From assembly GCF_006345805.1 (NCBI RefSeq), contig NC_043013.1, forward strand, positions 15,686,001 through 15,750,000: DNA of 64,000 nucleotides, written 5' to 3'. The notes beneath the pieces are model-generated. The model made no database searches. It was not told the origin of the DNA and saw only the letters and a program-made list of their open reading frames with translations. This document shows, piece by piece, positions 41,002 through 56,317 of the stretch (position 1 is the first letter of the stretch; each line of letters opens with the position of its first letter). Source of the DNA: Octopus sinensis (taxonomy: Eukaryota). Position numbers and translations under genes: made by a program.

Positions 41002-41226
41002 TCCTTTTGATACCAATGTGTCTGAGGCTGTCTCTGGTTAAGATACAAATTTCCTGTTTTATAGTCATCTTCCAAAAAATTAAAACCTTCCAACAAATTT
41101 CAAGTCAGTTTTGTTCCAAATACCAGCTTAATAAGGACAAAATTATTTTACAAAATTCTTGATTATTTTCACAATTAATTGAAACAAAAGCAATATTTTT
41201 TCAAAAGAATTATGGTAACAAAAGGG
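41002..41226. mobile_element. TTAA-type MITE, copy 1
   Basis: TTAA|tccttttgatacca...tggtaacaaaaggg; homologous to 58291-58497. Confidence 0.55.
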
Positions 41227-42672
41227 TTGGTACTTTTAATTATCTATTGCTTAAAAAGGAAATACATGCTCAAAACTTATTTCAGAAAACAAATAGAAAA
41301 TATACTCACACACACATACATACATACATCATACACACACGCACACATATAGTGTAGGCCTTGATAAGATAGAAAATCAGTGTTTCCAATGCAGTACTCA
41401 ACCCGAATTCCTGGCCATCTACACCCTTGAATTGGAACCTTGAGAAAAAGATTAAGTCCATTGGTGCAGAGACTCCAGGTACATCACTGGTAAAAGCAGT
41501 GTGCATCTCTTACAAAAAGTAATATATAACAGAAGAATGAATTGAGCACAACTATATCATTAGTTACAATTGTTTCTGTACTACTATTTCTGATGCCACT
41601 GCATCTAAATGATTCCTCTGTGAAAACTTATGCAATATTTGTGGTTGATTATAATGAAATGACACTTCATCAGATTAGCATCAAGTCATATATTTTTACA
41701 TAGTGTAATGCACAAGCATTTTATGTTGGCTAAAAAATGTTTTCATTGAAATTAGATCCAAATCAGAAATCCATGAACGAAGGAAGAAAAATGCTAAGAA
41801 ATGTGAAAATATGGTTATAAATACTAAAATGAGATTCAGACTAAATAATGATACATCTAAAACCTAATAAAAATGTATTGGGGAGCCATCAGATGGTGAA
41901 AATTAAGTTTTTATATTTAAGCATAATTTTTTTTTCTTTTTCTTTTAAATCTCATTAATCTTAATGTCTGCAACTCCAGTTATACAAACTTAGTGGTTCA
42001 AATACAGAAATTAAGTCTTTTTTTTATTATTATTATTAATTCAATGGTCATTGGAAGGTTAACACTAATAAATGCTCTGACCTTAAATTGATCAACAAAT
42101 AATACTGAGGGTCGTGTGAAGAGTTTCTACAAGCACTGATGGTAGTCAAGGAAAATGAACAGATGACGTTAGTTAACGATAAGATAAGATTGAGGAATGA
42201 GACAAAGTGATGGAACCTGAGTAATGTTCAAGGACTGAAGCAACAAGTAGTTTTTAATGGAGTTGAACTGGAATCAGATGAGTAGGAAATCAACATGAGA
42301 CAGGAACGAAGTGTGTGAGTTGTTTGAGAGTAAATTATTTGTCAATCTAAGATAAATTTAAAGTGGATGTTATAACCCAGCAAGTCTACATGTGTGTGTA
42401 TTTATATATATTGTTGCTATTATGTGAAAGTGTTGTAAGTCCAAAATGTTGCTTTTCCAGAAAACGAAAAAGTAGTTTCACCATTCCATAGCAAAACCGT
42501 TGTACTAGACTTTGACAATTTCTGATATCTTGGCATCTAAAGTGGCTGGAGATATGATAGTTTGATCAAAAGAACTGGCTGTTGCGAGAAAAATAAATAT
42601 TGAAAAAAAAAAGTTTGGCCAAATTTGGACATACAACAGTTTAACATAACAGCAATTATATATATATATTAT

Positions 42673-42714
<42 letters not shown>

Positions 42715-43449
42715 ATTTACACCACTCTTTAGTCTTTTCTCATTTTTCGACACCTACATTAATGTCTATTAATGAGGAGTGACACGTAGAAACACCAAGT
42801 TCCAGTTAAGATCTTTTGCTCTCTCTCCCCTTTTATATAACTCAATACCACTATCATACAATGTTCCTACTGCCAACATTGGATAGATCCCAGAAAACTT
42901 GAAAATCTCAGTGGAAAGTAGCATTAAGATTGCTGAGTTTTACTTGAGATAAACTTTCTACAAGGTACAAATACTCCCACAAGAGTACTTGGTGCCCATA
43001 TTTTGAATTCTGAACTGGTCCACAGAAACCAGCACCACTTACAAGAATATCTGTGATGATAACATTAAAAAAAAACAACAACCTACCACTAAATAAGTAA
43101 AGATAAACTGTTAAAAGACCACTTTACAGCCAATGACCAATTGGTGGATCAAGTCACCTGAATTTCAGATGAAAGCCAATCATTTATTTTATATCTGTCT
43201 CAGTCTATCTTTCAATAGAGCTGTACTCTGATGGAACTCTTTCTACATCAAGGTTTTCCTCAAACAATGAAATAATCATCTTTAATTACAGACAGTGGAG
43301 ACAGAACATATGTACTAGAAGACCCTACTTTTATTATTATTTTTTTTTTGGAGGTCAAACATGATTATAGGGGAAATATTTTAGTGGTTCAATTGTTCAA
43401 TTTGAAGCTGTTTTAACTTTAGTGAGGAATATTACTGCATTATTGGTAC

Positions 43450-43497
<48 letters not shown>

Positions 43498-43805
43498 CAT
43501 ATTCCTGGTAAATACAATTATTTTTATGCTAGATGAAGATGTTTCAAGTAGCTGTCTGAACAGATAACTGTTTAAACAAAGGGAAGTTCTACAAATTGAG
43601 AGCTAATCATAAACAATGAATTAATAAAGATATATTTGGCACCCCTAATATACACATGCACTAAACAAGTGAGCGTTAACACTAATAATATACACTGAAA
43701 TATAATGCAGAATTTTTCAATCTTTTCCATGGCAATTAACAGATAACTTTTATGATAATATTTGAAATAGTAAATTTTCCAGCAAGGAAAATGTTGGTAC
43801 CCCTA

Positions 43806-43836
<31 letters not shown>

Positions 43837-44378
43837 CTGATATCAAGTAAAGGACGAGGGGAAATATTCAATTAACATCAGTTCTCAGAACATTCCTTAC
43901 ACATTTCATCTGATTAAAATTAGAGAAGGATTGTAAAATAAAACTAAAATCTTAAGGAAAAAAACTTTATTTTATAGAAAAAGATATCTAGCTTTTTAGT
44001 TTTAACTGTAGAATTTCTAATACCTATAACAAGTAATTCCCAAAGTTACATCTATATTTTGATAAACAACTGTTACAATAACAAACTATAAAATATCTCT
44101 AAAACTTTCACATGAAACTAAACAGAAATGATTTGGTATTACAATAGAATGTGAGACCAGTTTTTTTTTTCATTGGGTCTTTAAAGTGAAGGAAGAAACA
44201 TGGAAAGGAAATGCCTACATTTAAGATGTACATAATTGACAACACAATAATAAAATTGGAAAAAAAAACAATAACAAAACAAAACAGGACATTACAAGTC
44301 AAAAGTGCAACAAACATTAAGCACAATATATATATATATGTGTGTATATATATATATACATATATATACACATACAAT

Positions 44379-44420
<42 letters not shown>

Positions 44421-44714
44421 CAGTCACTGTCAACAGTGACAGTAAATAGCTATTACTGGCTGTTATTATTGCTCCTAATCTGAGATTCAGTAATAAGGAT
44501 TAAACCAAGTAATAATAAAAATCCCGACTCCAAATTGAATAATTTGAAACTGCATATCACAACACAGGCACAGGAAAAGGATGCAAAGAAATTGCTGCGG
44601 AAGATTAAATGCAACAAGGAACAACCACTTGCAAGGTTGAAAGAGATGGTTCCAGAACTATCTGGATTGCATGTATAACATAACAAAGAGGGTGAGTAAG
44701 CAGTAGTGATAAAC

Positions 44715-44747
<33 letters not shown>

Positions 44748-44818
44748 TATATACATACACATATATATACACACGCACACACACATACACATATGTGTAT
44801 GTATATATATATACATAC

Positions 44819-44850
<32 letters not shown>

Positions 44851-47689
44851 GGCTCATAAAAAAAAAGGAGGCAAATGGAAGCAACCTGGAGATGAGATGG
44901 CACATTGTTCTAAGCAAGTCAATGATATATGCAATGGCCTGAGAAAAGGGAGAGAAGTCAGAATAGCTAAAGCAGACTGATCATAAATTTGGATCATGGC
45001 TTACCTAGTCATAACTAGGTGGAAAGCAACAAAGCAACCACCCAATGAAAATCTCTACAAGAATATTGTAAATGGACAAAATTATAGAGTATGAGCATAT
45101 TTACTTAAATCCAATAGAAAGAAAAGAAAAAAAATTATTTATAAATAGACAAGCTATAAATAATTACTAATATATAGATGAATGTTGAAATTATACAAAA
45201 TACTGAAATATCTTTCAGCATATTCATTTATCACATTTTTCTTCTTTTTCTTAAGAAATAAATTTATACAAAATATATTTCAGGATGAATAATTAGAGCT
45301 GAACTAGCTAATTAATTATCATTTTGAAGTAGTCAACAATTATTAAAATGATTAAAAGATCCTATTTAAAATTCAATTAGCAGATTTGTAGCGAATTACT
45401 TTTTTTAATGAAAATATATGAACTAATATTTCAAATTCAAATTATTTGAATGGTAAATGAAAGAATTATTTTTAAATAAAGGTGATCAAAATTTAACATC
45501 TTAACAGCCTTCATGAAAACATTAAAAAAAAAAAACTAAATCATCTTTAAAACAAAAGGAAACGAAAACAATAAAACCTATACGTGTGTGTGTGTGTGTG
45601 TATATACATGTTATATATATATATATACATACACACATTTTGGATTTTCACAACTATAAATAGCAAGGATGATTTAAAAGAAATATAGTTTGCATAATAA
45701 ATAAAATGTTAAAACAGTTACATGATGAGTAAGGTGAAATTATCATTTAAAATGGAAAAGATAATAAATTGGTTTTGTCTTGAGAAGAATGAATACTTAA
45801 ATATAAATATGTCTATAAAATAATAAATAAAAGGGTGCTTAGTAGCACTTTATTGTGAGACAAAAAAAAAAAGGTCACTAGAAAATGGTTTCATCATACC
45901 ATAACTGCACTCATAATTGAAAATAGAAATGAAAGAAACAGGCGATATTCCTAACATGTACATACACAGCAGTGCATACATACAAACATTTCGACAACAA
46001 TGTTAACCAAAATTAGGTGTAACAAAATAAATTTTGGTTTTTTTTTTTTTGTCCATTGTTTATAAATGAGTGATGAGCTAGAGCAAAGTGAAATCAGTAT
46101 TGCTTTAGCTCACTTCTAATATATTTAGCTTGGATATTAGGTAGTAAATACAGATAGACCAAACAGCATACTTATGTTATATATAGCAAATAGAAATAAC
46201 AAACATAAAAATGACCATGCAATAAACTATTTGGGCTTGACTCAAACTAATAATGAACACCGATCAGAGTGGCTTTTATAAGTACAACAAACATGAAATA
46301 CAAGAAGTGGTATCAATGCATTCTCTCTTATGTACAATAACAATTACATTACATATATCAAACTGTGCACACATTATATATATACATGTGTGTATGTATG
46401 TATATATAAATATATATGTACATATAAATAGATGGAGAAGTATATTTTTCTGGTGATCTTAACACAATTAGCCCACCCACTTAAATTGCAGTAATATTCA
46501 ATATAACTTTTTAGTCAAAGGCAAGTATTTGAAGGGCACACACTACCTTATAGCTGAATTCGGAGATATGTGTGTAAAAAGGGACTGACTTGGTATACAT
46601 AGACATGAAATGTTGATTCATTCTTTGCATTCAACCCTGAAGTAGGCATGTTAATTTCACTACTGTACATTGTTTTAGCAAATGCATTTTATTTATTATA
46701 TTCACTGAAAGGGAGACTATGTGGACACTTGGTCTGTTACAAATAGCAGCCAAATCTCCAACTCACACCCAACCGTCTTCATGAAGGGAAAGACACATTG
46801 GGAAATGTATTTCTAGATACCCTTAAAAAGTGAAGATGTCCTCGATGGAACACTTTTGATCAAAGAAATAATACAAAATGTAACATGTGGGTGTGGTTGA
46901 AAAATCCTCGGCTAAGAAACTAACTATGTTGAAATATGTTAATATCATAAGTCTAACTGAATAATTCACATAGTATGTAATAAAACTCTATAGACTCATA
47001 GATTATCATCAACTTAATACTATCAACATCTAATTCTAACAAAATGTCACACACACACACACAGACAGACAAGAGAACAGAATGAACTGCTCTTCAACAA
47101 GAGTCAATATAAACAGCTGGCTATATGCTTCATTTACTAAACCTATGTTTTCCTATCATCTGAGATGAGATCTCAAAACCTGTTTATAGCTATAATAAAA
47201 CAGCTATAAGATTGGATTTGGAATTATTAGAATTCCAAGCCTAAACACTTTACTTACGAACCATAGTTATTAAGAATCAACATTTTTCTGCACTATTTAA
47301 ATAATGAAAGGTTAACTAAATCTTGACAATTAAATATTTAAATATTACTATAGATAACCTAACAAGTGATACCAAATTTTACAATGGTATCCTCAAGTTA
47401 ATAATAAAAAGCTCAGTAAACTAAACTATGAAGAGAATTATAAAAGAAATAATAATAAAGAAACAGGCTTTTGAAAAGAAAAAGATTCAAAGGACATTTA
47501 AAAATATCAGCCTATGAAGCTATTATTATAAAGCTTCATTATCAGAATGAGTAGAAGACAGCAACTATTTAGAATGTTATCAATCATAGATACAGTTAAG
47601 TGGTTGGGGGCTTTTATATAGAAATATATTGACAAATACTAATATAAAAAATGAAATTAATATACTAATTTCTAACACAAATTTGGGAG

Positions 47690-48180
47690 AGAGGTTTATA
47701 AAATCAGCCTCAATACTTAACTGACAATTTTATCAACCTCAGAGGGACTAAAGACAAAGTTGACCATAGCAGGATTTGAACTCAGATTGTAAGGAGTTGG
47801 AACAACTACCATATAGTTCAATGTTCAAATAATTCTGATTAATTTTGACAAATACAACAGTTTTAAGGGAAGGGGACAAGTTGATTACACTGATCCCAAT
47901 ACTCAGGTGGTATTTCATTTTAACTCTAAAAAGACAGAAGGCAGAATTTACCTTCACAGGATTTGAACTCAGAACATAAAGAAATGCCACTAAGTATTCT
48001 GTCCGACATATTAATGATTCAGTCATCAACTCTAGTACTTGACTGGTACTTTAATTTATGAATCTCAAAAGGATGAATGGCAAAATTGACCTTGGAAGGA
48101 TTTGAACACAGAACATAAAGAGTCTGGAGAAATATCACAAGGCATTTTGTCCAATGCTCTCGTGATTCTGCAAATCCAGC
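47690..48180 (-). mobile_element. Three tandem old SINE family B copies
   Basis: Repeated caaagttgacc/gatttgaactcaga/attctg units; CpGs converted. Confidence 0.65.
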
Positions 48181-48739
48181 ACTCAAATATTTTATTTTCC
48201 ATGCCAGAATGAGTAAGTGTTTTTGGTTGGAGGTATGACTTTCCTATTATAAAATAAAGTTGAGGTGGAAACAGTTTGTCAGGAAATATCTAGTTATATT
48301 TATCATCTAAGGTTTTGTTGTTCAATACTGTAATCTCCAGGCCATTGTATGCTGACAGCAAACTGTCTTCTGATAAAGCAGCACAAAGCTAGAATGAAGT
48401 AATAGGTGGCTAAAGTTACCAGGCTAGTGTCTGACTGGTATTTACTTCATAAAATCTAGACAATGAAGAGCAATAAAGAGGTTAGCAAGATTTGAGCTGA
48501 GGAAATAGAGAGAAAAACCCAGATACTGTAAGGGAAATGCGAAGGCTAGAGGGTTTCTGCAAAAATAATCCCACTACTTATAGACAACTTTGATACTGTT
48601 ATTAACAGACTCAGTAGTTTCCTTAATGAAACTGAAGTAACTGGAGAAGTGCATTAATAGAGAAACTTGTTCTATTAGGAACAGTGAAATTGTTCAAAAG
48701 ATCCTCAGTATCCAAGGAAATCAGTTGTAACCTGTCTAC

Positions 48740-49145
48740 TATAGACACAAGGCCTGAAATGTTTGAGGGGACCAGTCAATTACATCAATCCCAGAGCTCA
48801 ACTGGTGTTTATTGTAGTGATCCCAAAAGAATGAATGGCAAAGTCAACCTCAGTACGTGAAGATAGACAAAATGCCAGTAAGCAGGTTGTCCAGTGGGCT
48901 AATGGTTCTGTCAGCTTGCTGCCTTGATAATTATAATCCTTTCTACTATAGGCACAAGGCCTGAAATTTTGGGGGGTGGGGCAAGTAGATTACATCAAGC
49001 CCGGTGCTCAACTGGTATTTATTTCATCAAACCTGAAAGGATTAAAGATAAAGTTGATCATGGCAGAATTTGAACTCAGAACATAAAGACGGATGAAATG
49101 CCACTAATCATGACGTTTAGTGTGCTAATGATTCTACCAGGTTGC
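48740..49145 (-). mobile_element. Two tandem old SINE family B copies
   Basis: ctactataggcacaaggcctgaaatttt...caaagttgatcatggcagaatttgaactcagaacataaag. Confidence 0.7.
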
Positions 49146-51223
49146 TGTGGCCAGACATTTAATGAGATGGAATAGGCTTCTGAATGAAGGATAAAGATGA
49201 TCTTGGTGTTTAAAACCCCAAACAAAGACTGTTACTAAATAAGGCAAGGCATTTTATCCACCAAAATTATCACTAATCTATGTTGGACAATGATAATTTA
49301 TGAGGCTATAGTTGATATAAAAGCTTCCTTTTTGTATAGGCACCATGTTTAGCAATGAAATGGTTGATGAAGAAGTGTTATTGAAAATTTATAAGACATG
49401 CAATTGAAAACTCAAAGAATGTTCTAACAGCATTGTTTTTTTTTTTTCTTCTTTCAGTTTCAATTTATTTATTTATTTAAGAGTTTAGAATGCAAAACAC
49501 ACACACAGACTCACCTAGAGCAAAGTTAAGGAAAAGAATATGACAAAAAGAAATGGGAAGAAGATAACTTACCTGAAGTCACTTCTTACCAAGGTTTAAA
49601 AAATAAATAAATAAAAAAAACAACAATTTAATATTCTTTGAAACCTTCGGCCCTCTCTTCACCTACCAATGATGATGGCTAAATTCTACCAAACAGATAA
49701 TTGCAGGTGTTAATTTAGTTAACTGTAGCCTAGGCAATAGATTTAGTAAGATGATGTTCTAGTAAAGTGAAAAGTATGATGATGGAATTAGTTTGTGAGA
49801 ACAATCTTTCTTTGTGGCAAATGAAGATCAAACTCCATGATGAATTAAAATACTTTCCATCTAAGCAGTCTTGAATTCCTGTTATACATTATCAGAAAGG
49901 TCAACTATATACACAAAGTATGTGTGAATGTATGTGTTACTACATACACACACATTCATTTGGTGTTACTGAATTTTAAAGCTACATACCAAATCAGACT
50001 ATCATTCCACTGCAACAAAAATTAGATTATGAGTATTCACTAATATCTACTAAAGTTCAGCAACACTATATTCTAGATGACAAGAAAGAAGGGGTTCGTT
50101 GATAGAATCATCAAGTGGTTGTATATAACAACAAATGACCAAGACAATATATTCCATTAAATGTTACAGCAACACACATTAAGGTGAACACTGGAAAACA
50201 GATCCATAAAACATTTCAGCATCAGTGCATATTTCACGATCGGACCCTTTAATATTGATGTGTTTTGCTACGGTAATAAAAGTGGTTACATATTTTAGTA
50301 GGGGAGAGAAACCAATAAGCTGTCACATTCATGCCTTTCACAACAGCATCAATGAAAAATTGACTTTGGGTAAGATTAACCACATCAATTAGTTGCTGGG
50401 AAGGTTAGGTTTGTTAAACTGATACTTTTCAGATTTTTGATGACTTCAAGCCTATTTCATAAACAATTGTAGACTGTAGAATTTACTGTTATATCATATC
50501 ACTTATTACAGTGAATGATTTCTTTCTGAAGCACAATGTCTTTTTTGTAAGTGGGCTGTTCAGTGTGGAGAGACATTTTCATAAAATTTAATATGATTTC
50601 CATAACCTTTTGTGTTTACCCAACACACACACACACACACACACACACAATATACCAACTTGTTTATTTATGACAATATACATACAGTTCTCCATAAAAC
50701 CATATGTCTTTCAATAGTTATTTAAATTATTTAAATGCAAGAATGTATGGTAGTAGAGATATACATTATCTGGCCACATATATTTAATTATATGACACAA
50801 GTAACTTCTTTGGATAAATTATAATACATGTACAAATGAGAGAAAACAGGTTTATACATGTATAGGATGTTAACAGATGTCGAGAGAGAGAGAGAAATGG
50901 TGTTTGTTAATGTATGTATAGAGAGGTGGTTGTGTGTTTGTATATACACGATAGTGGTGAACAGTGAGAATGAGTACTCAACACTGTATCGGTGGATAAA
51001 TACTTTGTGGATTTTCTTCACTATCTTAGGTCCCATGCTTTATAATAAGCAATTTTCAAATTCTCTACAGTAAAATTGTTGATAACACTAAAAATTAGTA
51101 ACAAAATTGAAAATGGAGACAATGATATAAAATGTTTTTTGACATGGAGCATTTAAAAACAGCAAATTATAATGTATGAAACCTAAGGTAAAGAAAATCC
51201 ACAAATAAAGGAGGGGAAAAAAA

Positions 51224-51262
51224 TACACACACACACACACAGATGGTGTCTGTCTATATATA

Positions 51263-51325
<63 letters not shown>

Positions 51326-51330
51326 GTATC

Positions 51331-51387
<57 letters not shown>

Positions 51388-51390
51388 GTA

Positions 51391-51436
<46 letters not shown>

Positions 51437-51440
51437 GATG

Positions 51441-51485
<45 letters not shown>

Positions 51486-51486
51486 T
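51224..51486. repeat. Compound VNTR: four AGATGGTRTC cores separated by variable (TA)n(CA)n
   Basis: Cores at 51241, 51321, 51383 and 51436. Confidence 0.9.
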
Positions 51487-53881
51487 ACAAAGAAATGATG
51501 CTTCTTAGTATGATAAGAGAGATAATTTGTGTAATGCACGCACACACACATAAAATGTTCAAGATAAATGCCTGTTTCTGAGTAAGTTATAAAGTTGATG
51601 AAAAGGAAATGAAGTTTCTAATAAACACAACATACTAACTCATAAACCAATTAACACACAACACTATTATGATATTACTTTAGGCTTAAGCAATTTGACA
51701 ATATTTAGATGAAGGCCAGCCTTCTTTCTTCCAAATCATTAAATAACCTCTAAAAGCAGTAATCATCTAATAGCTACACAGTCCCCCTCCATCAATCTGT
51801 CTCAAATGTTAAATAAGATATCAACTTAGTGCAGTTTTTGGCTACGATTTTAAGTCGATATTGCTCATATTCCATCATTTGTTCAGTCCAACAAGGACAA
51901 AACATTAACAGCAATGAAGAGACAAATAACAATTGTCACTATAAATAAAGGTTATTATTATTATGTTATAATCATTGGATTACTGCAATGTTTACTACAG
52001 ACATGATATCAAGAAAAGATTTAGATGAAGGAAAAGAAATAGCAACAAGCAAATAAACATAACACAGAATATACTTTGGGTAGACAAATGAAATGAAAGA
52101 GGACAGACAGGAGATCCACACGCATAGAGGGAACAAAAGATGCAGCAAAACCCTTTAGCAGAAAGTATTGCATTAAAAAGTAAACCTATAGGATAAGTAA
52201 ACTGTATAACATTAAGCAGTAATACATGTTACAAAAGGCTACAGAAAGTATAAGGAAGTTCAAGGCAACAACCAAAAACCCATATGTAAATATATGCAGC
52301 AGAAAGAAAAAAAAATAAAGCATTGGAGTAAAATTTTCATGAGCATTGCAAAGGTGACAATGAAACTCCTAAACAGGAAACACAAGTCAGTCAGTGAGTG
52401 AATGGTTAGCAGCAGCCTTAGAGGAAAAGGATCTTAGATTTGAGAAAACCATTTCAAAGGTACACATGCACAATTGTAAAACCCAATGTTCTTATCAAAG
52501 CACATGTTGGTGATTCTTCACTATAGCTTTGCTTCTTATTCCACACGCACAGAGGAGAAGGCACTCACAGACATAACGGCAAAGAATTACAAATACATAT
52601 CAATATGGAACTCTGCACATCGATTCGTCACGCAATATGTATTTGAAACAAAAAAAATAAAAGATTTCTTTTTTATATCAAAAAACAATATTTTAGCTAG
52701 ACAATATACACATACTAATTTAAACATGAAAATATGACATTGATGAAACAAAAAGATTTTATATAAAAAAAATTAAATTAAAAATAAATAAATAAAAATG
52801 TTAAATGGATTTCAGTTTGTTGCCAAATAAAGTTGTTTTAAATACCTGTTAGCCCTACATTATTATAAGTAGCCTATTAATGAAAAGTTAAATTTTAAAA
52901 GGAACTAATTGCTTTTAGTAAAAATCATTATTAAAAGTATACAAGCAATGAGAGAGAGAGGGAGAGAAAGAGCTTGGCTATACTAATATTTTTAAATGAC
53001 ATTAAATGCTAGTGATGTGATGTTTTTCATGTACAAACCTTTACATGGAAAAATTTAAAGAAAAAAAAAAGAAGTGTAGATGCTACAAGAAAGACAAAGT
53101 TAAAAGTAAATTAGAAAGTGTACTAAAAGCAGCCTACCATAGAACAAGTGCCACAGTAGAGTAGAATTTGTTCGCAAGAATAGAGAAGATATTAAAGTAA
53201 CACGTGTTAACATGTTTTGTCTTTTTAATCCCTTTAATGGATTAAATGTAAGTTATTTATCAACAACTAAAATGAAATCAAATTAAAAACAAAAGCTATG
53301 AAAGAAATGCAACAAAAATGCTCAAACTGCAATTAGTTTGAGCATTTTAAAGAATTAACAAAACTTCTAGAATTGAGATTTAAAAAAAAATAAGTATAGA
53401 ACATTAGATTAGATGAATATAAAATTAAAATATGAAAATTTCTATTTAAATTTCAAATGAGTGTTGCTAAAATACAAAGTACAGGTAGTTGGTTTTTCAC
53501 ACAAATATATTACAAACCTCATTATATATTTTCAGTCAAGTAAAAAATGATGAAGTACTAACTACCAATGAAACAGTTAAATTGTCAGTGAATGATCTCA
53601 GTAGTAGTAGTAGTGTCTTTGTTTAATATTGTTCAAGTGAACAAATACTATATAAAGTGACATAAGGCAGAGCTGGTATTGTTACTAGCCACACTACTAT
53701 CAATGTTGACAAGACATGCATTTAGCAGAAACACCAACACATCATTTAGCTTATTAGCAATGTGCAGAGGAAGAGATGAAGAGAATGTGATACTACACTT
53801 CAAGTACAATGGTACAAAATGAACCTGACAAGAGATTAATGCATTCATGATCTATAAGATATATATATCTGTAGATATATG

Positions 53882-53918
<37 letters not shown>

Positions 53919-55656
53919 TCATTAACAGAAAGATGCATCAAAATGTATAAACAGTCATAATAGATATTTAACTAGAATACTTTTAATAATCATCCTGAAT
54001 CCAAGAAGTGAACTAAACTAGATTACATAACGATACGACTAAAAACATCAAGGCAAGCTCTGATGATACGATGAAATAGAATTACTTAAATATTTACAAT
54101 GAACCTACTTTCAAATTATATTCTAAGAAACATATAGATTATAATTAAAGCCTATCTCTCTGTTTCTTCATAATCATTCATCTAATTTGATCACAATCTA
54201 GATTTGCTTTCTATAATTACCTAATAAATAATTCTGAAATTATCCATAAGCCTATTAACAAGTTAATTATACTTACCTTGGGCTATTAAACTGACAAACA
54301 ATATAAATGAAAATGTTAAATGATGTTTTCAACTAAGCTATCCTATTGATTACCCTCACTGTAGGTTAAAACCATAGCAAATTTTATTTACGGGGATTAC
54401 TATTATTATTATTATCATCATCATGTGGCATGAATTTGCTGAAAACTATGTAAAAACATCCCAAACAGCCTCTGCAAATACTGCTTTTCTATGGAATATA
54501 AAGGCATGTCTCATAAGAAGCTTGAGGAAATATTTACTCTTTAAAATCTTTTCTGAATCAATAATAGCCATGGTTAAAAGATGACACCCAATAATCTCAT
54601 GAATGCGTTAATATGCAAATAAAACAGAGCAGAGAAGACAATAGAGGGGGAAAAAATAAAACATATATTTACTTACCAACATATAGTGTACATATGTGTG
54701 TGTATGTGCTTGCCTATATATATATATATATATATATACATACATATGTATGTACTTGACATTTTACCATGCTAAGTATATACAAATAGGATAGGATTAC
54801 AGTTAGAAACAATAAAAGTTACTTAAATAAAAAGGTACGGATATATATATATACATATATATATATATACATACATACATATATATATATATATAATATA
54901 AATAAATATTACTAGTAACTAGTAATATTAGTAGCAATCAAAAGCCTGAACCGTGCATATATATAAATATTGGTAGACATACAGACAACTTATATACATT
55001 CTCTAAATTTAATAGGTAATGCACATATTTTCTTCATTTAATATAAACAATCTATAATACTAATATGTCTCCATGTAGCAGGTTGTACAAATTGTGTATG
55101 TGTGTTTGTGTGTATTAGTCTCGTAAACAGTCAAAGTCAGCAATTCTACTAAAAAGAAAGTAAAAATACTGGGAAATTGTTGAAGGGTTGAAAAACAATT
55201 AGGTAAGTGATAAACACAATATAACTATATTTGTACCCTTTAATGTTGATGTAGTCAGAAGATCTAATATTAATAATTTGGGTTATATATATATATATAT
55301 AAATATATATACACTTTGGAAAGTTCAAGGAGTCAGGAGCTGTACATCTTAGATGTACAGAATAGAATATTCCTAAGGGTAAAATTCAAGTACATTCTTC
55401 TAACAGAAGAGAAATACCAACAAAGGTTAATAATATGATTTTATGTTCACTTCTCCTACTGGAGTGAGTTTCATAGATTGTCACAGTTTGAGTCACAACA
55501 AATTAGATGATAACGCTACTAAAGACTACGCACTTGTACGAGATATTTGGTTTGGTTTCTACAGCTGGAAGTTCTTCCTGTGGCCAATATGTATACACAC
55601 ATATATATATATCCACTTATACATAAAATATTAATCTCTCTCTCTCTCTCTTTCTC

Positions 55657-55691
<35 letters not shown>

Positions 55692-55693
<2 letters not shown>

Positions 55694-55800
55694 GTAGCCA
55701 TGGCCATGAGGTTAAGAAGCTTACTTTCCAAATATAAGAACTGGGGTTCGACCCCACAAAGTGGCATCTTGGGCACGTACTTTCTACTATAGCCCCAAAC
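55692..55800 (+). mobile_element. Old SINE family A head fragment
   Basis: catggccatgaggttaagaagcttactttcc...ggggttcgaccccac...cttgggcacg. Confidence 0.55.
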
Positions 55801-56317
55801 TGAGCAAAGCTCTTTAATTACCAGTTACAAGAACTGTTTTGGTACCACTCCATTTCTAATGCCATTGCATGCAAAAGTTTTATGTGGAAAGCTATGTAAT
55901 ATTTGCAGTTTTAAACATTAGCATGGCACTTCATCAAACTAGCATCAAAATGTATGCTCTTACATTGTATGTCTGTTAAGTATTGTATGTTGCTTATATT
56001 GGGAGGAAACAATAAGTAAAAAAGAATAAAATGGTGGAATAATGGATAAGACCTAGACAATAGTAATAACACATCAGATAGAACAGGAAGAGGAAAAAGA
56101 ATAGGTGGAAAGAGGTAAAGCAGAAGACGAAAAAATGAAGATCTGAAGGGTGCAGTAGGCCAATAAGAAAACCACTCCATTGCTGGCAAACAAAACAGAC
56201 AATGATCAAGTGAAAATAAAAATGAATTTTGTAAATGGCAATGAGGAAGTGATATGATATAGTATTCCTAATAAAATGCAAATACACAATAATATATAAT
56301 AATGACAATAATAACAA

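Noticed and set aside
41306-41506. Minus-strand ORF or exon candidate (RFQFKGVDGQEFG)
   Set aside because: An acceptor-like site is present but there is no convincing donor and no similarity to G-patch or zinc-finger sequence
44520-44680. Plus-strand open stretch PDSKLNNLKLHITTQAQEKDAKKLLRK...
   Set aside because: Short, isolated and unidentifiable; possibly an old transposon remnant but unsupported
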